A DNA stretch of 62,708 nucleotides, the filler included, from Rhabdomonas costata (taxonomy: Eukaryota): the NCBI GenBank assembly GCA_019059605.1. It is 23 parts of 23 records of this genome, joined end to end, with 100 filler letters (N's around TTAATTAATTAA, not from the genome) between each part and the next. Parts side by side here need not be neighbours in the genome. Positions count along the whole stretch, not along the records: positions 48,936 to 51,550 come from JAHMHO010002616.1; positions 51,651 to 54,265 come from JAHMHO010002617.1; positions 54,366 to 57,278 come from JAHMHO010002618.1; positions 57,379 to 59,993 come from JAHMHO010002619.1; positions 60,094 to 62,708 come from JAHMHO010002620.1; 18 more parts are not named here. The stretch is one strand, 5' to 3'. This document shows, in pieces, positions 49,892 to 62,421 of this stretch (position 1 is the first letter of the stretch; every line of letters starts with the position of its first letter). The position numbers and the translations under genes were made by a program. Under the pieces are notes generated by a model, which saw only the letters and a program-made list of their open reading frames with translations, did not search any database and was not told where the DNA came from.

Positions 49892-51856
49892 TGAGGCTGT
49901 ACTGGGGAGGAATATGACCTGCAAAAGTAACAGCAAAGTATCGTTCTCAGTATGCCTTGCCAAACATGCTGCGGTTTTAGTCTTTGGTAGGTTTTGGTGT
50001 CTGTGCTGGGTGAGGGTTCGTTGTTTGCACTTCGCTTCGTTCTCGCTGCGCATTGTGGTTTGGAGTTCGTGATGGTTGTTGTATTTTTTGTAAGTATGCA
50101 GCGTCATGGGTTGTACCGATTATACCCTCCTTGGATATTTCCTTTCGCAACTACCGCGTTGTTTTTCGATAACCGGCTGCTGCTGGCCCTTGACTGGAAA
50201 GGAAACCAACGGCAAGTGACGCTATTGAGGGAGGAACACAGAATTTTTTTGCCCAGGCAACACTTGCATTCTACTTTCACCTTTTTTTTTGCACTTTCAG
50301 AAAAGAGTCGTCTGAAGTTGTAAAAGCTAGCCGATTACACTCACCGTCAGTGTTGCGGCGAAAATAGGCATCTTGATTGGCCGAAAGGTAATATGCAGAC
50401 ATCAAAATAGGGACCTATCGAACCGCTCAGGGTACGGTTCATTAGTTTCCTTTGGGTGTGGTGACGCAGGAGACGTGGGAGAGTTACTGGGCACTGCGCG
50501 AAAGAGAAAATATCATAGGAATGAAGGGGCGTGTACAATCCACTGGAGAAATGCTTAAAAATAGGGCAGAAAGCTAACAAGTTATGACGACACCAATCGT
50601 GCCCATCTGATTTACTAGCTACACATGGAACAATGCTTGACCCTGCTCACCCCACCTTCACACCACCACCACCACCACCACCTTGGCAGTCCGTTTTTCG
50701 AATTTATAATACAAAACCGAAGTGGAATCGCGTGTCCAACATTGTTCCATGTCGAAACTGCTTGTATTTTATAATCAGAAAATAAAGAAGGGCTGAAAAG
50801 ACACCTGCAGCCATGCGAGTCTACTACGCAACAAAGCATTACAAGATTACGCAACTGGAACTGGAACTGGAAGTGCGGAAGGCAGAAAGTAGCAGTGATT
50901 TCCCAATTTCCTCGATTCTATTTCGAAAGGTGCTGCTTGAACGTGCAGTAGTACTCTTGTTACGCCGTTCACGTTCTTTCTTCGCACATGTTGCTCTGAA
51001 CCCGTGTGTCACCATCGCTCCCAAGACGAGTGCTGATGAATGCCCTTTTGCAGTACGCCTCTTCGGTTTTTCTGCTCTTTTTCTGTTGCTATAAGAAAAA
51101 TGTTTGTGGGGTTTTGCAGTTCTGTCTTGTCCTTGGGATATTGTCTTCTTGATGACGCGTTGGGGTTTAGCCTTCGCCCCCTAGTGCTGGTAAACAGCAT
51201 TGCCCGGCTTCCCGTGCTTGTCCCTTTGATGAATGGCGGGCTACTCATCGGCGCACTTGGTACGACGACTGCAGCAATGATCTTTGCTTCTCTGTGTCAG
51301 CTTCTTCCTAACGATTTGACTCGCATGCTTTGTGATGCGCTCGCCTTGACGTGGCTTTTGGATGGAATTGCGCAGATCCCTGCTCTTCTGATGAACTCAT
51401 CGTTCGCATGGCTGGTGTGCCGCGTATTTCACGTGAAGCACGCTTCGGTGGCCTTCTCTGCGTTGACCTGGCCGACCAGCCGCACGGGAGTTATGGCCCT
51501 TCTGTTTCAGGTGCCGATGACGCTTCACCACCTTTCTCACGTTCGTCTCTNNNNNNNNNNNNNNNNNNNNNNNNNNNNNNNNNNNNNNNNNNNNTTAATT
51601 AATTAANNNNNNNNNNNNNNNNNNNNNNNNNNNNNNNNNNNNNNNNNNNNGGTTTGTGGTGCAGTGTTCTACATCGGCAGGCCGTTTGACCGTGATGTCG
51701 ATCCACTATTTGAAAAGGCAAGCCGCCTTCTCACCTAAGTTGTGGTGGTTTTTCCCCGGAAAGCGGGTTGAACTCTTGGTTCCGTGCATTTAGGACCTTC
51801 TGGAACTGCAAGTCCCAGTAATCACGGTGGGGTTTCCGGAGTTTGATTCCTACAAG

Positions 51857-53766
51857 CTTCCCGGGTCACATGACAATGTGTACCTCACTTTGTTTTACAT
51901 GTACTACTTGGATCGCCTCACGAAAAAGTACCAGTCCGACGAGTACTACCCCACGACTCCTCGCTGGACAAACGTGTGTCGTAGTTGAGGGAATGTTTTG
52001 GAAATCCAGCGGTTTTTTTGTTGCAATCATATTCGATGATGTGCACTGCTGCTGTTTGGGCATGTTTTTTTTTCATGATAATGGGATGTTCCACTGGACT
52101 GAACAACAGTGATCTGCATTGCAAGCGAATGAGGTAGACTTCGGCACAAGGCACCAGAAAGGGAATCGACGCAATATCTGGAAAAATGCATGTGGACAAG
52201 GTCGCAAGAAGAGGGGGGGCACCACCCACCACCCTTTTGCTATTACCTTCACCTTTCCGAATCTCGCCGTTTCTCATTTTTTTTAGACTCACCCTGCCTG
52301 ACCGACGAGCGTGGTGCATCGTTTGTCGGCTGCACTTTTGTGACAAAAGGCGCCTATGAGCGAAGCCTGCTCAGAGTTTGCGACGGACTGTAACTCACTA
52401 CTTTACTCCTTACCATTGTCGTTTCGGGGCTGCTTGCAGCTCCCCCGAACTGACGAGCTTGGACGTTGTTGGCTTGTAGGGCCTGTGTTGTTTGGTGTGA
52501 TTGTGGCTTCCAATGGTTTGCATCTGCGCTCGTCTTCCTGTCCTTCCTGTGGTAAGTTCCAGACAAATAAGGCTGCTCTGAGTAAATTTTCTTTCCTCGT
52601 CAGAATTTCCCTTTCTGGTGGCATGCAGCGCCAATGGAAACCACACTGCCAACCTCAGGGCACGCCCTGGGATCCCTTGGGGTCCTGAACCACTGCCATT
52701 ACCAACCGCCAAAAGTGGCCCGAGTTAACATGGTCCGTCATTTCCGAGTGATTTGGCTGTGGCTGTGCATTGCTCCCCTGTGGGTTGGGTGACTGCTGCT
52801 CCGTTTCGTCGGACTGGACAATTTTTGTGTTGGCAGTACTGTTTTGCCTGCTTTTGACTTCCGCTTATTTTTCATCGGTGCTCAACCGTGAGTTCCGGAA
52901 CTACTACTGCCTCATTTTGTTTTTGTGCGCCCCTGATGGCGTTTCCTTTGAAAATGGAGGACCACGTCGCTCTTCTGGAGCGGCATGCCGTGAAGTGCCG
53001 CCTGGCAGTTTGCCTGCTGAACTTCCTCAAGGTGTGGGCTCCCACCATCAAAACACACATGTATGGTGGAAATTATTTCGCGAATCCCCTCACAAATTTC
53101 CCACAAACCCGGTATGCAACTCCGGTTGGGACATGCGTTTTGATGAATGAAAATAAATAGATTGCGACGAATGCCCAATGGCGATGTCAACGTGGCCATT
53201 CCTGACAAGTTATGTTAGTATCTCCGAGATATGGACCAGTATGGACCAGTATGCTCAGACGAATCTTGGGATCTTTAACTCTCACACACTGTGACACTTG
53301 CCTTTTCATATCGACCGCTTTTCTAGGTGTGTGGAACCGAAGCCGTTCTAGCGGTTGACGGCAACGGTCTTCAAACGGACAGTCTGAAGGTGGCCTTCCC
53401 TTCCATGGAAGACCACTTCTTTGTCTCAGATACTCGTATGCGCGGGCTCCCTGCCCTCTTTGCCATGATACGTGGGTCTTCTCTTGATCTCTTGATCGCG
53501 AGAAAGCCACACCTGAGCCAGATGCACTGGATGTGCTGCACAGTGCGTTTCCCTTCACCGTAGTGCAGTTTTGCGCATCTCCTACAAGAACTCAAAAAAG
53601 GTGGGTTGACTTGGAGTCCCCCTCCCTCCACTGAACTATTTGAGACGGAAATTGAACTACGTTCTGAACCCCTCTTGTGCTCCTTGGCTTGCAGAGGTTC
53701 TGGTGGCCTTCAAGAACCGACAGGCGCGGCTGTCTGGGACTGATCATGTGGAGGACACCGCCGAAG
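51857..53766 (+). CDS. Multi-exon gene of unknown function
   Basis: AG/GT-bounded frames include one starting at 51857 (LPGSHDNVYLTLFYMYYLDRL...). Exons 53327-53471 and 53695-53766 join in phase (...LPALFAMIQVLVAFKNRQARL...). Confidence 0.45.
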
Positions 53767-54553
53767 GTTGCGCAACTGTCGCCCTCTCGCTTCTATGGTT
53801 TGGGTGACCACGAGACATGTTTGTACATGTTTGTACATGTTTGTATTCATTTGCGCATAAAAGAAAGAGGCAGAGGCGAAGGGGAAAATGGGAAAGAAAA
53901 GGGGAAGAAAAGAAAAGGTCGTCCTTCCTGTATTCAGCTCACCAAAGCTCAACGCACCTGATCGCAGTTGTTTGCACGGCAGCCACGTGTTTTCGCCTTG
54001 GTTTGTGTTCATATCAGTTGGTCTGTCCGTCTTGGAGTCTGCCGACCGTCGAAGCTGCTCGGATGGCTCGTCCTACTAAGCGTTTAAATGTGGGGTGGTT
54101 TCGCATCGTAGCGGCTGGTGTCCAACCTTCCATCCTTTCTCTCGCTCAAGGAAAGAGCTTGGTGGGCGTGAAAGCGTGTGTGGGCAGCCCGGTTCCTCGA
54201 CAGCCCGGTGTCGTTGGCATCAAGGAGCTCATGCGTGGCCTGCGGACTTGCTCTCAAAACCCACANNNNNNNNNNNNNNNNNNNNNNNNNNNNNNNNNNN
54301 NNNNNNNNNTTAATTAATTAANNNNNNNNNNNNNNNNNNNNNNNNNNNNNNNNNNNNNNNNNNNNTGTTGGGGGTTGCAGCACCTTTTTGCAATGCTATG
54401 AATTTTTCATTAAAAATTTTTATATGGCCGCTATAAAATTTTTTATTGCGATCACCATAAAGTATTGAATTTTTATAGCATCGGTATAGAATGTTTCAGG
54501 ACATTTCTTATATCACCGCTATAAAGAGGGGAGCCTGCTAAAAAAACCAAGCC

Positions 54554-54682
54554 CAAAAAGACGATAGTAAACACTATCGTCTTCAAAAAGACGATAGTGC
54601 TTTAAAAAGACGATAGTGCGCAGAAAATGTTGATAGTCTTTACTATCGTCTTTAAAAGGTGATGGTAACTATCGTCTTTTTG
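54554..54682. mobile_element. 129-bp foldback-like element built from an AAAGACGATAGT motif
   Basis: 15-bp perfect terminal inverted repeats CAAAAAGACGATAGT/ACTATCGTCTTTTTG enclose further direct and inverted copies of the same motif. Confidence 0.7.
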
Positions 54683-56852
54683 ACCTCACCCTCAGGGGGT
54701 GGGAACAGACCATGCCCGTGTGTGTGTGTGCCGGGGATTATCCGTGTGTTTGTTTGGTTCAATGACTGTCACTGGTTCTCCTATAAACTAAATTGCGCTG
54801 ACGAATAGTGTGACGCTGAATCGTTGGGCACCATAATTCAGGGTGGGTGGGGGTTCATGTTTTTCTACCTGGTTTTCCTCGGTGTCATTTGCTGTGAGGT
54901 GTCACAGATTTCATCTTTTTCATGCATTTTCATGCGTTGGTCACGTGATGCTACCTCTCTTGTCCCTGCCCTCTGCCCTCGGTGGTGCTGGGGGGGGGGG
55001 CTTCGCTACTTCCAAAAGGAGATTCTAGGGATGGCCATCTTTTGAGCGAGAGCTTCAGATTGAGAAGAAGATTGAGAAGGGCATCGGAAAGAATCGGACG
55101 AGAGTTTGGATTTGGGCCCAGAAAGATCGAGGAAAAATCGGGGGTGTTTGAGAGCCTTCCATCCCACCGAATTGCGTCTTTTCAAGTATTTCCATGTGTC
55201 CCAAACGAACCAAAGAAGAGACTGACAACGCAGAACCGGTTTTGTTGTTGTTTTGTTTTCCCCTTGCTTTTGTTTCTTTCGAGAAGTCGATAATTGTGAT
55301 AGTGAGAATAAAGGGGTAGATCGCATTGCTGTCTTTTTCACAAAGAAAAGCTCCGTCCTCCCTCGGACATCTCGGAGCTTGGTGGGCTTGCGGAGCTCAA
55401 CCTAGGCGTTCTCGAGAGGAGTCTCTCTGAGTTAGCGGCGAACTCTGCCTTGTCCAGCTGCTCAGTGGTGCGCTCGGAGCGCCTCCCACCCTTTCCCCAA
55501 AGCCAAAGAAACAAGGAAGAGCGTAAATCACTTGAAAACTTGTTAACTGAACTAAAACTTTGAAACAAGTCAAGCTTAGGTGGGACACGTGCAACGCAAC
55601 CTAACCCCCTGGATATCGACTGTAGGAATTGGGATGCGGCTACGCTACGCAAATCCTCTCTAGAAGCTTCTCTGCCATTCTGTGCCTCTCGTATTACCAC
55701 CTCTCGTGCTTCGCGCACCGCAGACACACGACATGACCCACCAGCCGACCAAGTGGTGAAGTGAATGAACGAGTAAAGTTTAACCTCGGGATAGGGTAAC
55801 CCGTTCAGCGACACCACACACACACACACATCGCGACGACTGTGTTTTTTCTCGTGCTCCTTGGTGCTGCCCTGTTCATGCTCATTTGTGTTTTCAGGCA
55901 CTCCACCCCACTGCTGCACCACCCTTGCTTGTCTTTCTGGTTTCTTGTCCTCTCTGCTTTTTGTACCAGCCAGTGTGCGGCAAATAACCCGCGCGCCGCA
56001 GCCGGCGGCATTCCCGCACGCCATATAAGCCCTGGCGCTGGGAAAGACCTCCCGATGCTCCTGATGCTCAAGAAGAACACAGCACTTACATCCACACAAA
56101 TACACACTGCACTTGACCAATGCACCCCTTTGTGCTGCACTTGGTGTGCTCTTCGCTCTCTTGCCCCGACTAACGGATTATTTTGGACACCCTTACACAC
56201 CCATTTTCTGAAATTAGTCGCCCCTTACCTTTTTCCGGGTTCCTCCGCCACTAGGGAAAGGTGGTGTGAGGCTCCTCCTCCTAATCTCCGCCGGCCAAGG
56301 TTCACCCCGTGCCCGGAAACACATACTCCCAACAACACATGCTTTCACCCCAATTTCCACCTAACGAAATGCACTTTTGGCCAAAAGACCTTTCAGGCCA
56401 TTCCCCCTTGACGATTGCGATTGTCCCTGCACAATACCACTTGTCTTTTTGGTGCTTTTCTTCCTGCTTCTGGTTTCCTTTGGCGCTTTCCCACCGAGGA
56501 CCTTTTAGTCACTTGAGCCTACCGACTTGTTTTGAAATTTGCTACCGCATTAGACCAAAACTAAAGGAATCTAATTGGAAATCCCCTTTTGCTAGACCAA
56601 AGCTCCCATCCCCACAAAACTACCGGATTTGACCCGAAAACTTAGGTCAACCAATTGTCGTAAATATTTCCATTCTTTTCATGCACTTTCATTTTCAAAG
56701 TAGTTACGCTCTCACTTGTCTCAATTTCCTGTCTTTTCCCTACTCCGAAGTGGAACCCACCTTCCACCCTCCTTACGCTACGCTGTGTGTGTTTATGTTT
56801 CCTTCTAACGCTTTCGGATTGGGAAAGAGGGGATTTAAGACTAAATTTCTAC

Positions 56853-57111
56853 CGGCAGCAGTAAAGGATTTTGTAAAGGAAGTATCATTAAACCGGGCCT
56901 TCAGCCCGGTACGAGGTTCGGGAAACCGAGCCCTCTCACACCACCAGTCCCCTGCCATGCCCCCGGAGGTGGGGTTGAGCCCCACGCTGTCCATCAGGGA
57001 TCGTGTTGATGCGTAGAACTGGGGAGAGCGTTACAAGTATTGCATGGGCAAAAGGCCGGGTGGAGACGAGAAACGGGCTTAAGTCGGACGGAGTCTTCCT
57101 GCAGATCTTCC

Positions 57112-57189
<78 letters not shown>

Positions 57190-57278
57190 GCGCACACTCT
57201 CACCCCAATGCCCTTCGTGTCGTCCAGCACGAACAGCAGCACCGTGAACGCGCCAAAAAACCAACAGGTGTGCAGAAC
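56853..57278 (-). CDS. Probable exons of an unknown protein
   Basis: An exon ending at 57204 (FGAFTVLLFVLDDTKGIG) joins in phase to exon 57018-56853 (FYASTRSLMDSVGLNPTSGGMAGDWWCE...). Confidence 0.4.
57115..57186. repeat. (GT)36 microsatellite
   Basis: Perfect dinucleotide run. Confidence 0.97.
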
Positions 57279-58612
57279 NNNNNNNNNNNNNNNNNNNNNN
57301 NNNNNNNNNNNNNNNNNNNNNNTTAATTAATTAANNNNNNNNNNNNNNNNNNNNNNNNNNNNNNNNNNNNNNNNNNNNGTTGTGTAATGTCGACGTGTTT
57401 GCGTTCCAGCGCGTGTAGTGTGTTCATTTTTGTGCGGTGTGCATGGGCCGAATCGGAGAACAGGCCACCGGGGTCATGTCCACCAGACCTGACGTTTCTG
57501 TCGCTGTTCTGTAGTTTACCTCTGCTTGGCCCTGTGCTGTTCTTCGCTTTTGCAGATATACAAGGGTTACTCCTCTTGAATCAGATGTTGGTGGTCGGGG
57601 GTGGCAACCTGTCTACTACTTTTGCTTCTGGAGTCTGCTTTTGCCTTGTCTGTGACTTGGTCTTGGCTTGGTCTTTCGTACCACGTGCAAGAGCGTCAAC
57701 AGCAACGCTGCTTCTGTATATCCTGTGCGATCAAATGCTCTGGTTGGCTTGCCTTCAGTTCGGCCCTGCAATTCAGCGTAGTCTGCAGAGCACTGCTCTG
57801 AAGTTCATCCATTGTCACTGGATAATAGTCCTCTCGTCTTCGTTCATCATTTCACGACTCGAGACGAACTCATCTGCCCTGCGCAAAAGCAGAGATTGGT
57901 GGGACGTTAGTGGAGGAAACTGACGGAAAACTTCTTATTTTAACTGGAAGGTGGTTAGATGAACTGTGTGGGCCGCTCGAAACTTTTTGCATTGCATCGG
58001 GGTTTTGTGTACTGTGGATAAGTTTCGGTGGTCTGGGCGATCCCAGTTCCAAAGCACTGCTGATTAGTCTGTTGAACTAGCTTATGGCTGGGTTTTTGCG
58101 GACGAGTGGGACATTGGTTTACCGCCAGATGCCAGTCTGCAGCATGACAGGAGTCTGCAACCTAGAAGGGACCTTGGCCTGGCAGGTGGGGTTTTGAGTA
58201 TTGTGGTCCGAATAAAAATTCCTCCATTTATGGTGACTGTCGCAATCCGGATCTGAACCCCAAATCATTCCAACAAGAAAGAGGGGACGGCTGTCTTGCA
58301 AATTGTCAGAATAGTTCCTGACATCGTTCCTGACACACTGCAGAATTGGAGAAGTGGTTCATTCTCTTTCGTCAAGGCAGTCCGAATGGTCTTAATGCCT
58401 CTGTCCTTTTATTGTCCAGAGCCGCAGGTAAAAGCAGCGACGATGTCAGGGACCTTGAGTTGTGAGCATTCCTTTTTGTAGCTCAGACAGGTGCCCCTCG
58501 GGACGCACGTTTTACCGCCCTCGCCTGCTTAGTTTACCTTCCTATGGGTGATCAGACTCTCTCCCCGTCGCCGTTTTTCACTCCAGCTACAAGTTTATCC
58601 CTGTGCTGAAAA

Positions 58613-59830
58613 ATGGCCTCCCGCATGATGCTCTTTTTCAGCGCCTTCGGGCTCAGAGATGCGGACGTTGTCAGCAAGAGTGATCCTTACCTGACGCTTT
58701 TCGAGATTCAGGACGGTCGTCGCGTCCTGCTGGGACGAACAGAGACGATCCCAAACAACCTTTCTCCCCAGTGGAAAAGGCACATTGAGATCGACTACCG
58801 CTTTGAGAGCCGCCAGGAGCTTGTTGCGGTTCTCATGGATGACGACGGCAAGGGCCCCATGGGAGATGATACCCTAGGAAGTGTGGATTTTCTCCTGGCC
58901 CATGTTGTTTCCGGGCGAGGCGGACGATGTGAAAAGTTAGTCCAGGCTCCAGGAAAGGGTCGCCTTCTCATCTCATCGCAGCCTGCCTCCACTGCAGGGG
59001 AAGACTCAGTGGTGCTGAAGTTTAGTGGCACCGGGCTGAAGAAAATGGACACATTTGGTACCGCCGATCCCTACTTCAAGCTGTTCCGGATCCTGCCCAC
59101 GGGATCAAATAGGTTCCTGTGCCACAGTCGAGTTATCAAAAACACCCTTGATCCCCATTGGATGGCTTGCCCCCCTTTGAAGATCGCGGAGCTTGCTGGT
59201 GGAGACCTGGATGCGAAGACGATTCTTTTTGAATGTTGGGATAAAGATATGATTACCGACGACAGCATGGGGCAGTTCACCACCTCTGTGAATGAGCTGA
59301 TTCGGTCTGTCGGGAAACCCGAGGGGTTTACCCTTCGGCATGCAACGAAGGAAAAGTTCTACGGCAGAATCGTAGTGGAGGAAGCGTCCGTCCACCACGT
59401 TCCAACCTTCTCTGAGTATCTCGCCGCTGGGCTGCGGCTGAACGTGGCCGTCGCGATCGACTTCACGGCGAGCAACGGGGACCCGCGAGACCCCCAGTCG
59501 CTGCACTTCATGAACCCCAATGCGCCCAACCAATACGTGCAGAGCCTGAAAGCGGTTTGTGAAATAGTCCTTGACTACGACACGGACAAGTTTGTTCCTG
59601 CGATGGGGTTTGGCGCAAATCTTCCGAAAAGCGCAGATGGCGGGGGGATCTCCCACTGCTTTAACCTGAACGGCACTGCAGATCCGTACGTGCGCGACGT
59701 GCAGGGTGTGCTAGATGCTTACACGGCAACGCTGAACAAGGTTACCTTATCTGGGCCGACGAACTTTGCGCCTGTCATCCGGAAGGCGGCCGATGCTGCT
59801 CGGGAGTCCGGCCATTGTCTGGAATATCAG
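58613..59830 (+). CDS. Copine (C2-C2-vWA), long first exon
   Basis: LRDADVVSKSDPY...GRTETIPNNLSPQW, LKKMDTFGTADPYF, VAIDFTASNGDPRDPQSLHF and DYDTDKFVPAMGFGA...LSGPTNFAPVI. Donor GTTGCG at 59831. Confidence 0.96.
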
Positions 59831-60174
59831 GTTGCGTTTTTGCTTTTATATGGTTGCTGTTTATGTTTGAAGAGGGTTACCTCTGTTTCTCGTTGGATTG
59901 ATTTTTTTTGTCGTGTGTGTGTGTTGTTATTCCTACGCAAAGGTTTGTTTTCCTGACTAGTCATCTTTCTATTTTCATGATGACCACCCCCACNNNNNNN
60001 NNNNNNNNNNNNNNNNNNNNNNNNNNNNNNNNNNNNNTTAATTAATTAANNNNNNNNNNNNNNNNNNNNNNNNNNNNNNNNNNNNNNNNNNNNGTGGGTT
60101 GTGGTGAGTTCACCCCTTTCACCTCACACTCTCCTCTTGGTGATTCTCGATCCTTTGTTGCCTTCTTTGAACAG

Positions 60175-61470
60175 GCGGAGCATGGAGTCAGACTCCGCGA
60201 TGAGCGCGCTTGACCGCTTCCACAGAAAAGTCTACACCAAGAAGGCCGCAGACCGCCTGCGGAACTTTCTCAACGTCAACGTTCTCCAGGTGCTTGCTCG
60301 TCCAATCCCTTCTCAGCCACTCGCCGCTCTCTCAAGCCAGCGAGCCTGAAGTGATTTTGTTGGTGGGAAATGGGACTTCTCAATTTCTTTTTCGCTTTCG
60401 TCTGTGCGGGATGTTTGGGCAGGTGAGTGAACGTGTGAAACAGTTGCCTCGGCGTGGTTTTTGTCGAAGACGTTCTATCGTGTCTTCTCCACATCTGTCA
60501 CCCGTCACTCAATCCAGGAACCCCTGGACGATCTTGTGTTGGGCCTGTCTGGGATGCTCGGCCGCCCCTTGGTGGAGGCGATTGAGGTTCTGTACGGCAG
60601 GGCACCCCCGGGGAAGCAGGTTCCTGACAAGCTTAGCCCCGTCAAGTCCACCGCCTCCATGCAGCTGCTGAAGATGGTGTGTGCTTCTTCCCTGACTTCC
60701 TGACTGCCGGTTGGACTTGCTTGCCTTTTAGCTTGGTTCTGTCCTCTGGTTCTCTTTTATTCCTATGGATAATCGTTTTGACATCTGGCCTTTGTACTCA
60801 TTTGGTTTCAAGCGGGAATTGCTAAATGTCAAGTGCGAGCGGGCCACTGCTTCTGCATTCTCTCGTAAAGTATGAGGACATCCTGCACTTCCTGCGAGGA
60901 TTTGGCGCCCAGCTCTCGGAGGTGAAGGCGGAGTACCTGGTGCGGTACGAGGACTACAACCGCATCATCGTATGCTCTGTCGCACCTCTCACGCTCACTA
61001 CTCCCATCAAATGTGCCATGACGCCGGACTTAAACTTGAAAATGAGGAAGGAACCATGGTGGTTTTCTGTGCTCTGATGACTCCTTCGCAATTCACCCTA
61101 CTTCTCAAAGAAGGAGGAAGGAAGGAACCACTTCACCGCTATGGCAAAGAATTGGTGAGTTTCATCTGGTTCGTTCCTGTTTGCCTCTGTGTGGTTGAGT
61201 TAAGGACCAGAGCTTGTTTACGTGGCAGCCCCTCTCGGGCTTCACCCAAACCAAACACAAAAGGCCGCGGACCCCACGGGCACCAACCCCGCCGGGGCTT
61301 CGTCCTCTGACGCCTTCGCCGTGCCCTTCAACACTTCGATGAGTGTGCGCAGCATGCGCACCACCACAGGGAATCCCCGCCGGCTCTCCGAGCGGAGGTT
61401 CATGGTGCGTGCCACCCATGCCTGGATGACCGTGATGCTCCAGGTGATCAAGGTCTTCTACCTTGTCCGG
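60175..61470 (+). CDS. CFAP47: Cilia- and flagella-associated protein 47-like, four internal exons
   Basis: Exons 60175-60289, 60518-60676, 60871-60969, 61264-61470 are in phase: YEDILHFLRGFGAQLSEVKAEYLVRYEDY...AWMTVMLQVIKVFYLVR. This matches the conserved block preceding the CFAP47 calponin-homology region. Confidence 0.72.
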
Positions 61471-62421
61471 GTACGCCTTGCTCTTTCCCTCTTCTCTTCT
61501 GGAGCAACGCTGCCGTGCGTTTGTTTGCGTGTGATGGTTCATTTCTGTATTTTTAGAGGGTTGTTGTCGAAATAAAGGTTACTTTTGCTACGCAAGTGCA
61601 GGGGCTCAGAGGGGGATGTCACTGCTACACTTTAGCATTGCCCCAGCTCTGCTGACTGGTTTATTCCTCGTGTCTAACAGAGGCTCTTTATTGGCTCTCG
61701 CCATGTTCTGTCGAGTAATCCGAGCCCAGGGCGCAACTAAAGGAGCGACCTTAAGGACGTTGACGTCGATATTCGGGTCCGATGCATTTTTTGTGGGGGA
61801 GGGTGTTAAACGGTTAAACGACAGCGACGTTGAACGATAAGGTTTAAAACTATGCTGGTAGGCCCGGTCATCAGAACCCCCCCCTCATCTGTCGCTTTAG
61901 GGGAGCATGATTACGAAAACTCACCAAGCCCCCAGGCAACGTACCCGCCTCAGCCGGAGCTCCGGCCGCCCCGCGGGCTCGCCTCCGCGGCCAAGGCACT
62001 GGCCTTCGCCACTTAAATATCTGTCCGTGTTTCGCCGTTCCCGGGCAAATTCACCGCAGTCAGCCTCTAACACATCAGAAAAACCGAGGAAAGGTACCCC
62101 AATACAAATGTCCAACATTGTGACACATGGTTTAACCCCCCTTCCCAAAACATAAAGGACAAAAAATTGAAAAATTCCCAACACCAGGCACTTCACCAGG
62201 CAGGGCGGGGTCCTTCCTGGCTCATTCTGCGGCAGGTTCAATTTCCCTGCTGAGGACGTAAAACTAGCGGTGATTATAATTGTGGATGCACTTCGTCCCC
62301 CACCCTAACTTCAAAAGCAACAATCAATTTTTTCCAGTTGCTGAGACGGCAGAGCACCTCGTAGAAGTACCATAAGGAACGCTTTGAGCACAAAAAAAGA
62401 AGCGTTTGGAGTTGTCCTTTT

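Noticed and set aside
59831..59956. Hydrophobic C-terminal tail on the copine ORF, suggesting a membrane-anchored copine
   Set aside because: This is intron read-through after the CAG|GTTGCG donor, and the vWA domain is incomplete at that point.
2620..60093. Regularly spaced TTAATTAATTAA palindromes about every 2.7 kb, suggesting a repeat array, CRISPR or nanochromosomes
   Set aside because: They sit inside N runs of fixed length and are artificial linkers. The even spacing reflects size-sorted contigs.
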